Shown piece by piece: positions 1 to 13,744 of a DNA stretch of 64,000 bases (positions are counted from its first letter, which is position 1; the number at the start of each line of letters is the position of its first letter). This DNA comes from Octopus sinensis. Lineage: Eukaryota. The notes below the pieces were generated by a model. The model had not been told where the DNA came from, made no database searches, and saw nothing but the letters and a program-made list of their open reading frames with translations. The position numbers and the translations under genes are program-made. Where the stretch lies: contig NC_043003.1 in the NCBI RefSeq assembly GCF_006345805.1, forward strand, positions 36,704,001-36,768,000, in the 5' to 3' direction.

Positions 1-40
1 AAAATATTAATGTCATAACATTTTAATCCCGTAAAATATT

Positions 41-253
41 GATTACAAATTTTAGCAAAAGGCCAGCAATTTCGAGGGAGGGGCAAGTTGATTATATCGA
101 CTCCAGTGTTTAACTGGTACTTATTTTATCGACCTCGAAAGAATGAAATACAAAGTTGACTTTAGAGGAAATTGTAATCAGAACTTAAAGGCAGACAAAA
201 TCCCGTTAAGCATTTTCCCTGGCGTGTCAACGAATCTTCCAACTCGCCGCCTT
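41..253 (-). mobile_element. SINE-A (tRNA-derived), diverged
   Basis: Head GGCGGCGAG(C)TGG.AGA.TCGTT, B-box region and CCTTTCATCCTTTCGGGGTCGAT body; flanked by direct repeats at 26-40 and 255-269. Confidence 0.85.
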
Positions 254-269
254 ATTCCCGTAAAATATT

Positions 270-480
270 CGTTTCTACACTAGACACAAGGCCCGAAATT
301 TTGGGGGAGAGGCCAGTCAATTAGATCAACCCCAGTACGCAACTGGTACTTAATTTATAGACCCCGAAAGAATGAAAAGCATAATAGAACTTAGCGGAAT
401 TTGAACTCGGAACGTAAAGACAGACAAAATACTGCTAAGCACTTCGCTCGGTGTGCTAACGTTTCCGCCAGCTCGCCGTA
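270..480 (-). mobile_element. SINE-A
   Basis: Full head, GAGTTCAAATTCC B box and GGCCTTGTGTCTAGTGTAGAA 3' end. Confidence 0.9.
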
Positions 481-2061
481 TTCCCGTACAAAATTGAAAC
501 ACATTATTGTACGGAAACGTGAGCATTCTTTATATATCTTATTATTCGCTGAAATCATTTCACATCTTAAATAACGTTAGTATTCCTGGATATATGAGAA
601 CTCATTTTCTCCTATTTTAAACAGAGGTCCCATTAAACCTCGTTGACATAAATCAATATTACTTCAAAGTTGCGACTCGAAGGGTTACTTCAATATCCAT
701 TTAGAACAGAAGCAAAGTGAATTTTGCATTCGTGTAACTGCCTTTCAGATATGGTAAAATGTCTAGACATGCCTTTGTTTCTCGTTGAAAATTATGTTTT
801 GTTACTACAAACAAAAATATTGTTTTCTACGAAAAAATATTTTCGTAACACAAAGCAATTCGTTTTGGAAATATTTTGATAGAAAGTCTATTTCTTACAG
901 TTCTCTATCAGTATATTGTGATGCCTCCTACAAAGTAATAAGTATATTAGTCAAGACGAGATTCTGCCTTTCTGTATTTAACCAGAGGTAATATTTATTT
1001 GCGAGGTTTGGGTTCTTGAAAAATTCGTCAACCTGATGTGTAAATACTATTTAATCCTTAATTATATCCTCAATGTGGTTATGTACAACCACGCTGATGT
1101 TCCAATATTCCAACTCTAGAAAAAGGAATTAACACTGGATTCATTTAATCAATCAGATATATATTCGTTATAATACAGACCACGTAGTTTCTCTGATAGA
1201 TAAGTTAGTTGAGTAATAAAATTATAAGTTTTGTAATATATATTTAGTGTATATCGGGATAATGGCACAGCATTTTTGTAGATAAAACTTCTTTATTCCA
1301 TGTCTCAATTTATCTAGCTTTAAAATTAAGGCTTCGTTTGCAAAAATAATGATAAATAATTATAGTAAAAGAATTATATGCAATAAGATGTATGCTCTTC
1401 TCCCACTTTTCACTCTTAGAGAAAAACATTCTCCACAGAAGATAAAATAGAGGTATGCTTAGAAGCGATTATCTTCCCCTGGACAGCAACTCTCTTTCGT
1501 TCTCTGTCTCTACCACAGTGTATACAGCTTCCAAAAAGATCACCACGTGTATATATATGAATTATTAATGTTTACCTTGGGAAACTCATTCCTCAGTTAT
1601 GCTCAAAGGAGCAACATTATACTTAATATCCTCATGAAACCATCATTTTTAAAGAAAGGGTCATGCACAAACAAGCCATGATTAAAATGATTAGTTTCTC
1701 ACTAAATTAATTTATAATATAATGAAAGAAAGAATAGTAGAAACAATCAGGAAATGATTATTTCAAGCAAAAAATAATCATTTCCGTTCTGAGAATACTT
1801 CTATAACGTGATGTATATTCTCGCATTTATGAAACATGTTTATACTCTTCTCTTCATCATTCTCAGATGAGACTGATGAGGAGATGCCATAGACTCACAC
1901 TCATTAATAAAACATATTGATGTTATAGACTTATTCTTATTAATAAAACAAAAATAATAATAAACACCACATCTTTGATGTAATTCTAATGCATCGATTT
2001 TTCCTGTCGACCAAAAATTGTAAGCTATGTTGAAATGTTCTCTCAATATCAATATGACATA

Positions 2062-2268
2062 ATATTGGTTTCAAACTTTGCCACAGGGCCAGTAAAACAG
2101 ATAATGTGGCTAGAGGGGATAAGCCGATTACTTCGACCCAAGTAATCGGCTGGTACTTATGAAAATGTAAAATCGATTCCGGCGGTATTTGAACGCAGAA
2201 CAAAAAGACAGAAGAGATGCTGCTAAGGATTTTTCCCGGCGAGGTAACGACTCTGTCAGCTCATCACA
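2062..2268 (-). mobile_element. SINE-A, diverged
   Basis: Similarity to the other copies, including the CGTTCAAATACC B box. Confidence 0.75.
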
Positions 2269-2838
2269 CTAACAGGACAAAATATTAATATGAAAAAATA
2301 GAACCATGTCAGGATTTGAGCACCGAACATAAAATATCTAAATCAAATGATATAGGTTTATAGTAATTTAGTACGGCAGTTTAACACTTCTGTCGACACA
2401 TCAATTCTTCAAGCATTTGAATATATTAAATATGTATGAAATATGTATAATGTGTTCACATAACTTAAGATTGAATGAAACTATTATGAGACGCTTTGTA
2501 TATGGATTAATGTGTTATTTTCACTTTGCTCTTCTCACTAATGCTTGCACTTCTATGGCAGAAATATGTTCTCTCAAGAAAGAGGCAAATTATCAGAGGA
2601 GGGTTGTTAACTACAGTGTTAATACAATTTCACTGCAAGCGTCTTGAAATTACACGTCCTGTCACATTAATTATGGAGTACTACTTGTTAAAGGCTGTCA
2701 ACTAATAATCAATCAATTATTCTAATCTAACATTGATCTTTCAAAATACGATTCCAGCTGATAATCAATTAGGTTCGAATCGAAAATAGGTGTGAATGAT
2801 ATACATTATGCATATGTATACATACATACATACATACA

Positions 2839-3136
<298 letters not shown>

Positions 3137-4389
3137 AATCAGTGCAGATCTTTACTCTCTATATTGTTCAACATGTGTTTCAGCAATTTATACGAGTTCA
3201 TATCACACCGAGATCAACTTTGCCATTCACTCCTCTAGAGTAGATAATATAAAGCACCAGTAAATTACTTAAGTTCCTCTGTCCCACTCTCAACCTCCTT
3301 TCAACATTACTGGAAGTTTTTACCTGTTTTAGAAATTATTGTTATCAGTTATAACCATAATTGGGCCCGGCATACACTTGTTGGCTAAGTATAATTCTTT
3401 TAGGAAAAAATGAACTTGCGCTTTGACATAGAGAGGTAAGATGCATGATAATTGTTGTAAGATGGCGTATGATAAGATGCTCCTCACGATCTTTTCTTTT
3501 GAGTCGGCAAATTGGTTCTTTTGCTTCTATTGATTAATGCAGTATAGCTCGGCTTTGCCCGGGATTAAGTCAGGATTATTAAGCTAATCAAGCTCTTTAT
3601 TTCAAACCAAACTAAGTAACATCGACGTCAAATTTGAGCGAAATCCGTTGAAATTGGTAAACTTTTGGCTGGAAATGAGTTGCAGACAATTTGATTGGGA
3701 AATCCCATAAGGAATCAGTTTATTCATTTCCACTCATCGTTTGTTTTGTGTTTTTTATTTTCGTCTTTGAAGAACTTAAAGCATTCAAAGATCCCATGAA
3801 ACCTAAGTAAAGCTGGCATCATACCCAACCCAGTTCTGCAGAATCAGTGTCGCGACAAGAGAGCATGGGTTGGTAGTTTGATCGGCAGAGGTGATCAGGT
3901 TGCATATGCCAGCCCTTTTGAAAGCAACACCCCATCATTATACCCCTCCCTTTGCCCATGAGTTGGGAACCCTTCCAGCAAGGAAAATAGAACGCCCCCG
4001 ATCCTCTGTGTGAGAAGCGGTTATATACAGATCACAACTAAGTATATATATATATATATATATAATATATATATATATGGGCAACACGCACTAAGTATAT
4101 ATATATGGGCAACACGCACAAACATATACGTACATACACCTATTGCATACATGTTTTTTGTACGCCTTTGCCCTGTCCCACCACCACTTCCTGTCCGGGT
4201 AATACCATCAATTGAGGTAAATTTGGTACCGGACGTAAGTTTTGTAAGAGGAATAGAGATGCCTACCTTCTCACGTAGAGATGTGAGATTCAGATCTCTC
4301 CTTTCAAAAACATGAACAGTTTCGAAACATTGTTTACAAAATGATAGCTGATCGTTTGCGAAGGAGCGTGTCTACAGTCAATACTTAAG

Positions 4390-4521
4390 ATTTTTGCTCT
4401 GGTAACTTCTGCTCTCTCCCATGTTCAGACACGACCAGCTATATGTCGCTATGAGTAGAGCAATGGATTCAGCTAATTTGGAAATTAGTTGTGGAGAAAC
4501 GGAGAATATTGTTTATATTGA

Positions 4522-4525
<4 letters not shown>
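4390..4525 (+). mobile_element. Helitron PIF1-helicase C-terminal remnant
   Basis: MFRHDQLYVAMSRAMDSANLEISCGETENIVYIE matches the Helitron end consensus FSHGQLYVAxSR..T.NxVYxE. Confidence 0.6.
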
Positions 4526-4559
<34 letters not shown>

Positions 4560-7500
4560 GCAGCGCACACATATGTTTTGTACGCATACATAATCGTGTG
4601 TGTGTGCGTGTGACTGAAGCCATTCACAGATACATACATACATAACAACACCTTGTATGTCTGCTTTTGTCTGTCAATCACTCACAAAAAAGACGAAATT
4701 TTTCAAATCTGTTATCTCTCTCTCTCTCTTTCTTTCTCTCTCTCCCTCTCTCTCTCCTCCTCTCTTTCTCCCTCTCTCTCTCCCTCTTCCTCTCTTTACA
4801 CCGTCGCTGGAAGGGGGCTTAACTCATATTTGCAAATGATGGTGTATTTCTCCGCCTTCAAAATTGTTAGAAGTTATTGTTCAAAATTATTTTTAGCGCC
4901 ATTTGCTGGTGCCTCGGGGGAAAATAATTTGATGAAAATACAGCTAGGGTCGTGACAAATGTCCTCCTAGAATTTGAGCGACATGCGTGCTAATTTGTGG
5001 ATGTGCATAAATTACATTCACGTACACACACACATCCTGCCTTCTATATATACAAATGTATAGGTAATACAAGGTGGATCTCTTTTCTTTACAGTTTTGA
5101 TGATTTTATTTTGAAATGTATTCTGTTATTTAGTTTATACATATTTGCAAGTATTTCGTTATTCGGGAATTTATTAAAGTGTTTATTACCGGTTTTCCAA
5201 AGTCGAAAGTTTGCTATTTTATAAAAATAGCGTGATGATATGGGGAATGTTCAAATTGTTTGAAGGTGGATGGGTCAGAGCGTACAGTTTATACTCCTGA
5301 TAACTGAATAGCGCATTTCTTCTTCAATCTTCAGCGTTCTATTATCCTGCGCACAGCATTACTTCTGCATATCGATATTAATTTTGTAAAGTTTTCTCGT
5401 TTAATGTTTTATTCTAAATGGGACAGGAATGAGAAGTTTACAAAATCTGAATTTAGTATTTTTGTGTTATTTGTTCAAATATCTAGAGGCTTGATATAAT
5501 TTTGTACCCCAAATTTATAGCGCTTCGATGTCAGACTTTTATATGTATACGCCGCTTTTAGCATTTCTCTTCTGTTACAGAAAAATCAGGTTTCTACACA
5601 TTTGTCGAGGATGAGGAATAATCTGCAACGGGAAAATAAAAATAATTCAAAGTATAAGCGGTACTCCCTAGCTATTTACCCTTTTAAATTACCAAATATG
5701 GGGTGAAAATTACAAGATAAATCAAATGGAAAGTGTTTTTCACGTTCTTCTCTACGACATATTCATCAGCCGATGTCGTAAATTTATAGATGTCGTAATT
5801 ATAGTTGCAAATGTTAGCTTCTCTATATTGTAACCAAAAAAGTTACAACTTTATAAGGATGCTATTGTGCAAACCGGGCACTAAGTATTTGAATTCAGTA
5901 TCACATAATCATGTTGAAACACTTTTGGTTTATTTTTATGTACAAAGCTCTATGTTTATAGGAAAAGCTCAATTTGAGAAATACTTTGCCATTTTACTTA
6001 TACAGCTACCCAAATACGCCTGTATTCATAATTGTCTTGAAGTTACCAGGCATTCCATGATTACGTATATATGTATCTGGTAACTCATCAAAATTCTTTT
6101 GCCTTGTAGTTTCCAATGATGAAATATTTCTACGGAATCCGTGCACCATATATTCTTGCTTAACTATAGTTTTCTTCAATCTTGTTATCATTTGTATAAA
6201 AACAGTAAATTCAACAGCCAACGTTTTGTTTTGAAGAATAGGAGTTTTCTATTACAAGCTATATGGGTATACAGTACATTACACTTCATACAACCAAGTA
6301 CGCTGCGTCCTTGCTATATATTTCCTATCTTCTAAAAACACTCAGTGTATAATACATCGATTGCGTATAAGTCTTGTTTAGTATTTGGTCAAGCTGAAGT
6401 TGTATGCTATTGAGACAAGAGAACAAAGATGTACAATAGAGTTGTATTTTAGTTTGACAATTGTTTGTACTAGATATCGCTCATGGTTTTTTCATCCCCA
6501 AAATTAAAATCAGGATTCTTCTAATCACGCTGGGTTCTTTCTGGAAGTGTCTTAATTACTTACCTTTCTGAAATTGTATTCGCTACTCCAGATAAACGTG
6601 TTCCTCTTTCCATTCCATTCCGTTCTCAAATTAATTTCCGTAAACTGCTAATTATCTTTGAGTGCATATAACATTTTCTATGCAGTCTCTGAAGTTGTAA
6701 TTTAGGTTTTTAGTAATTATTCCAGTTTTTGAATACAGTTCATCTCTGGTGACAATTTTAAGTTTCTATTTCTCACTGAGTAGAATTAATCTGCAACATT
6801 AGATTACAGAACTGTTCCTTTCATGTTCTTGAATCAGCTATTATATAAATAATCAGGGTGGTCAGTATCTCACACTACACTAGTTTCGGTGGTCCAATGA
6901 AATGATGTGTGATATGTGTTCAACATATTATGTGTTTAAAATTTAATTCCATAATGAGAAGGTATGGCCGTAAACGGAAAGATCTTAATTGAAGTCATTC
7001 ATTTCTTGTAACGTTAATAATGTCCTTGAGAAAATATAAGATTCTATGGATCTAATTTTGCGATTTCTCGAAATATAGTCATTGACTATCGAAAGAATTA
7101 AATAGAGATTAAGTGTATTTAAGTGATATTTAAACCAAAGACTTACTGCACGATTTGTAAAAGTCCCTGTACGTTGTAAATATTTGCGTACAAAATAGGG
7201 AACACTACATTTTCTAACAAAGCATCAATGAAGACGACAGTGCGTTTACGCTACCGCCTGAATGATGTGTAATGTGGAAGCATATGAGAAGCACTTGATT
7301 GCAATTCAGTTTCTAATTTCCAACACATATTTGAACATTTAAATGTTCAATAAGACATTGCTTATACTTTTCGATGACCTTGACAAATGTGTTGAAAGTT
7401 GTTCTGACCGTTCCTATTAAAGAATGAATTGTATGATAGTGAAATACGCGCGCGTGCGTATGAGAGTGTGTTCAAATGCATATATACTCGAGTGGATATC

Positions 7501-10500
7501 TACGTATGTCGCTGTGTATGTATGCAACAGTATGTGTTTATTTGCTCAGGCATGTGCATGGACAGTTATCTAAGTTCGAATCGATTTGTTGTTTGCAGGA
7601 AATCATTATTCCCTGTAGTGATATTCAAAGACCATTTACAAAATACACTGACTTGTTTCTTCATCTCCACTGAGAATATTTTTTGGCTATTAGGCTATTA
7701 GTTTAGTGAGTTATAATTGAGTCACTGCTCTGTAGAGTCTAGATTTTTTTTCAATCTAAACAAACGTTATAATATATTTCTTTTGTTATTCTAAAAGACG
7801 TTTGGGAATAGTCTAAACAATTATTTACTTTCGGGTGACACCTGCTCAACATGGCTTCGTTAATGATGAGCTACTCTTTTATAAAAACGAAAACATTGTA
7901 TCTTTTCAATATTCATTTCTTTTGTTTACTATATTTCTTCCTTATTTCAGCTTATTATTCATTCATACTCCCTTAAATCGTTTCAACACTTCAAATATTC
8001 ATAGCTGATTTTTTTCTAAAACATAATTGATGAGACATGAGAAAAAAATAGTCGATTACAAAGTAAGAATGTCTAATTCTCACTGATCATATATATATAT
8101 ATAGTTTTCGTTCTTTCTTTGATGATACTTTTTAGTAGTTCGCTATAAAGTTAGCTCTCCGTGAAGCCTTCCTCTGAAGACAAAAACACACAAACATCGA
8201 GAACAAACAATTCTTTTGCCATTTCCACTAAAAATCCAATAATTTCAACAACCCGTTTCAAGCACACAAATCTTAATTATGGTGACTGGAAAATTCCAAA
8301 GTTACGCAGCATTGCTCACTAGTTGACTTCAGAATCACTTGAAAGAAATCGTCGCTAAAAGCTTTAGATTTTGAGATTATTAGGTTGGAAAAGAAAATAA
8401 ATAAATAAATTCACCATAAAATAGCCATTGATCCCTGTTAAAAACCATTGATCTTCGTCTTCACAGATCCTATCAAAGAGGATACTGTGATGATAGCATC
8501 TTTTTGACTCAGGTTGTATTTAATCGATAGCTTGTTAGTAAACTCAATAAAAGATCACAATGAAAACACAAGTGTTTCACAGGAACCTAAAGGACTAATT
8601 ATTTCTAGTCAAGGACATAAATTTGTCACTTATTTTTCGAATTACATAGAATTAGATGCGTTAGATTGTATATACAGTATATTGGAATGTCTCCTTTAGT
8701 TTTGGCTCACAACGATTTTAACACATCTTACATCAGGGGAAGAAGAAATGGCAAATCGCAACATTAATGCTTTTCCGACAGAAAGTAAATCCGAAGGAGA
8801 TGAATTTGGATAAAGCTCAATGTGAAACTTGACACGTACGGAAATGTGTAACAAGTTATTAGTTTCTTATTGATTAGAGATGAAAAAAAGATGGGGAGGT
8901 AAAAATTCAGGATATTGTGACATTTATTTCTACACAGGAATATGTTTTCATAGTAAATGAGACACTTATTTCTTTAGACAAATATGTTTTCATGATCCAT
9001 ACATATTTTATAACTACACTCTACTTCAAAAGAATTGCTTTACGTAAAATAAATGGCTTCAAACATTCAGTGGAACTAAGTCGGTATTTCGACAACATTC
9101 GAGCTTATGGTCTTGCTCTATAGCAATGACTATAATGCCGAATATAAATTATATTTTTAACATATATATATATATATATATATATATACTTTTTGTTTCT
9201 TATTTGAATATAATTTTAAGATCATTAATGATATATATATTTTGATAATATATATTGTGTATATGAACCAAAGAGCGTACTTTTGAATAGATGCCGACTA
9301 ATGTAATATAGAAATATATCTCTATGCATAATCTCACAGGAAATTATTTCTGATATTGAAACAGTTAATGAAATATGAAAAATCATTGCTGTGAACTTGC
9401 AATAATATATATGGAGGACTATAATAATGAATGTGATATTTCCAAATCCTTTTTTTATTGTTTTTAAAATTTTACTACTTCCATACTTCATTTAAACGAT
9501 GAACTTGTTCTTTTGTTATTTTTGTTGTTGTCATGCGGGATCGTCACAAAAAAGATTTTGTGCCGGTTACATTGACCTCTTTATTGCGTATGGAGGTTAA
9601 TTTATCAATATTTCTATTCCTCGTAACACCGAGATACTGAATAGTTTGCCTATTATAAATACATTTTTGACACGAGATTTCAGTCCGCATGTTATTGGTG
9701 TTGTTGTTCTTCTTCTTGTTATTATTGCTGCTTATCCCCCGGTCAGGCTTGTTCAAACATATTTCTATCCATTTTGACTGTACGTCAAGGACTACGTTAT
9801 CGAGAATATTTTTTTTAGAAGGTAGAAAATTATTTCAGGGTGATTTGACTTCTCTGTCTAGCATATCGAGCAACCCTCCAAGAGGTTCATTCGTTGACTC
9901 TATTTTTTGAAATGTTTCGCTGATTTGTCCATGACTGTGTAGAAAACAAAGACACAGGATGTGAAATCACGTTGGCTTCAATCGTCCAACACCTTATTCA
10001 CATCTGCCATTATCAACCCTCTGTAAATTTAATGGTAGTCTATTGCCACGAACATTATGTTCTGGCTGTTGGTTTAATCCCACAATATGCCATCTTTTGC
10101 CATTATTGATGTCTGCCTAATGGAACACTATCGGTAGATTTCCCATAGGGAAAAGCTCTTCTATTTTGTCTAGTTTTTCTTGTTTTACTTGCTTTTTGTT
10201 CTCGTGTCGATACAGTGTCAAGCTGAAACAGAACTCTTGTCACATCAGCAGAATCACCATAGACAGCCTTTCCGAATTGTATCAATAATTTAACAAAAGT
10301 CAACTATCTAACTGACATGTCTCAGTGGTAATGACGCTAAGTGGACTGGTAACTGGAAAACGAGATTTTTGTTGATTACAGTTATATAGTTATTTATGTA
10401 TTTATTTATTTATCGGCAAATCGATAGTTTTACGTCCAGTGTCACCTTCCGGACATTCACGTTTTAGCATTTTCTTCCATTTTGATTATTTAACCATGCT

Positions 10501-10819
10501 TATGTACCGTCGGGATCTTTTCCGCCGAAATTGGCAGTTCACTACCAAACATCCGTGCGACAACTTGCCATTTGCTAAGCCTATTTAAAACATCGGGTTT
10601 AGTCAGACGAACTCTGTTAAAAGCTCTATGGAACTTTTCATCATTTAGCCTCTGTTTTCGTGAAATAATGGTGACAATAAACAGGAAAAAACATTTTTAT
10701 ACAGTTTCCAACATGCAATACACATACACAGGAAGCAAGTCACTAAAAGAGATGCATTCAAGAATAAATATATAATGATTATAATAATAATAATGATAAT
10801 AATAATAATAATAATAATA

Positions 10820-10990
10820 ATCCTTCCTACTAAAGGCACAAGGCCTGAAATTTGGGGGGGGGCGGGGATTAGTCATCCAAAAGGTTCAAAGGGAAAGTCG
10901 ACCTCAGCGAAATTTGAACACAGAACGTAGTAACGGGCGAAATACCGCTAAACATTTCGCTCGGTGTGCTAATGATTCTGCCAGCCCGCC

Positions 10991-10992
<2 letters not shown>
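10820..10992 (-). mobile_element. SINE-A (internally deleted) with TAA tracts on both sides
   Basis: Head and 3' end intact; (TAA)n at 10780-10820 and 10993-11025. Confidence 0.85.
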
Positions 10993-11027
<35 letters not shown>

Positions 11028-11029
11028 TA

Positions 11030-11567
<538 letters not shown>

Positions 11568-11780
11568 GACTTCAAATTTCAGCACAAGACCAACAGTTTT
11601 GTGGGAGGGGGCTAACCGATTACTTCGACTGCCGGGCTCAACTGGTACTTATTTTGTTGAGCCCCGAAACGATAAAAGGCAAAGTCAGCATCCTGGGAAT
11701 TCGAAGTGAGAATTAAAGACAGTCGAAGTGATACCTAGCATTTGTCTGGCATGCTAACGATTCTGCCAGCTCCCTGCCTT
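11568..11780 (-). mobile_element. SINE-A
   Basis: Head GGCAGGGAGCTGGCAGAATCGTTAGC; TAA flanks. Confidence 0.85.
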
Positions 11781-11790
11781 AATAATGATG

Positions 11791-11836
<46 letters not shown>

Positions 11837-11837
<1 letters not shown>

Positions 11838-12047
11838 CCATTTTACTATAGGCGCAAGGACTGAAAATTGGGGTAGGAGCTAGTTGATTAGATCGCCCCC
11901 AGTTTTCACACGTACTTATTTTATCGACACGAAAGGATGAAAGGCAAAGTTGACCTCGGCGGAATTTGAACTCAGAACGTACAGACGGACGAAATATCGC
12001 TAAACACTTCGCCCGGCTTGCTAACGATTCTGCTAGTACGACGTCTT
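11837..12047 (-). mobile_element. SINE-A
   Basis: GAGTTCAAATTCCGCCGAGGTCAAC body; TAA flanks. Confidence 0.85.
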
Positions 12048-12074
12048 CATAATAATAATAATAATAATGGTTTC

Positions 12075-13740
12075 CAATTGTGTTCAAACCCAGAAGATAG
12101 CTACCTCACTGCCTATTTCTGGGTAAGACTGGCCACCCTGTGTGTCACATTGTCTCAATTATTATCTGCCGGGAGGTCGGGACCAAGGCAGACCCCGAGC
12201 AGTTTAATTGGTCCGTCGCTCCACCGCCCGACGAGGCCGTTCGATGGCATCGATCTGCTTCTGTAGGAGCCCAACTGCAAACCCACCGATTTGTGGGTGT
12301 TGATTTTAGCCCCTGCAACCGACTCGTAATCTTCTGGAATATTGCCGACCGCCTCCAGTTCGGAGAAAAGGTAATAGCGTGTGATGCCAAACGGTTCCGA
12401 TAAGGGCCGTTTACATTGAACACTGAGGAGGTGCCACTGTACATTGCAGTGATCCAGCCATTGAAAACATGTCGGAAACCCTGTACATTCCAAACCCTAT
12501 CGCTACTTCCAAGTAGCGATAGTCGACCCTATCGAATGTTTTGGATTGACAAAATTTGATCAGAGCACCCCCAAAACCAGCTTTGATCCTAGCACTCTCT
12601 GTGATGTATGACATAGGGTGGAGGTTGTCGTGGATAGACCTGCTCGGGATTGTACACATTTGCGCCTCCCCCAACCAAGCTACTCCGAAAAGCGTCAATC
12701 TTTTCGTCAACAATTTTGCCAAAATCTTAAACTCTGTTTTTAGCAGGGATATGCGCCGAAAATTCCATAGTGCGTCCCCATTCTCGGCGTCCCTCAGCAG
12801 CAGTGTCACCTAACAGCACTAGTAATGCTCCCGTTCTGTTGCTAGCTTTGGTAGACGTCAGCCAAGATGTCGCCAAATAAATCTGGCATGAATACATTGA
12901 ATTCATAGGGCAGACCATCCAAACGTGGTGATTTGGGACATGTGCAATCGCTCATTGACTCCCGAATTACAACGGCTGTTATCAGCTTTTCATATAACCT
13001 CGCGTCAGCTGCTGAGAGCCGCGACAAGCCGTCCAGGTACGAGTTGTATCACACTACCGTCATCAACCAAACGCCCCCTCCAAATAGCTACGCGAAGTGC
13101 TTTTGGAATGCCGCACACATCTGCTCGGAGCCGAGTAACACGCACCCGTCCCGATCCGTCAAAAATCTGATAGTGGTTTTGTTTCCTCATCGCGTCTCTA
13201 CTGTTCGGGCCCATCGGACAGCTATAGGCCCTTCCTGTTTGTACACACAGGCCTTAACTCTGACATCGCAACCTTCGTGTTTTGCTTCGGAGAAATGGTC
13301 AAGAGTCATTCTTGCACTGATACATTGGTTGTGATGCCCTTACTAATCGATTCTTCTAATTTTCAAACTAGTTCGCTCTCTAATATATTCCTTTCTATTG
13401 TTAACTCATTGCGGAAAGTTATCTATTCTGCTCTGTTCACCCTCTTCAGGGCGATCCACCACTGGTTGTTGATGATTGCCTCTGTCAACTACCGCTTAAC
13501 CAGTTCACTAATCCGGTCCGTGTAGTCATTGCTTGTCGGAAAGGGTGCATTCGACTTCCAGTAAGCGGTCACCAGTCTACGGATCCTATCTAGCTCGACT
13601 ACACAGATCACAAACTTGCGGCCTGTGTAACCGATCGTTTTTAGTTTTGAACAACCTTCGTTATCTCTACTCACTGAGGTACCAAATACTCTCGAGACGA
13701 TATGGATGACCCATTGTGGTTGCTCCATATGCTACACTGT
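12075..13740 (-). mobile_element. Degenerate L1/Tx1-clade LINE ORF2 fragment (APE tail, linker, partial RT)
   Basis: YWKSNA..NNQWWIALK, KSPRLDGLPYEF..PDLFGDILADVY, NFRRISLLKTEFKILAKLLTKRL, GEAQMCTIPSRSIHDNLH, KTFDRVD, GAKINTHKS, PIKLLGV; many stops and frameshifts. Confidence 0.85.
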
Positions 13741-13744
13741 TTTT

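Noticed and set aside
1500-2050. Hydrophobic minus-strand fragments suggesting a GPCR pseudogene
   Set aside because: Multiple stops in all frames and no diagnostic motif; AT-rich DNA yields F/L/I-rich peptides by chance.
6563-6800. Minus-strand candidate exon (FTEINLRTEWNGKRNTFIWSSEYNFRK|GTAAGT)
   Set aside because: Upstream frames contain stops. Adjacent KIVTRDELYSKTG and RLSGVANT resemble a decayed RTE C-terminus, and no partner exons were found.
9750-10310. Coding-like minus-strand stretch (ENKKQVKQEKLDKIEELFP..)
   Set aside because: Frames are broken and there is only vague similarity to a LINE linker; it cannot be assigned without a search.
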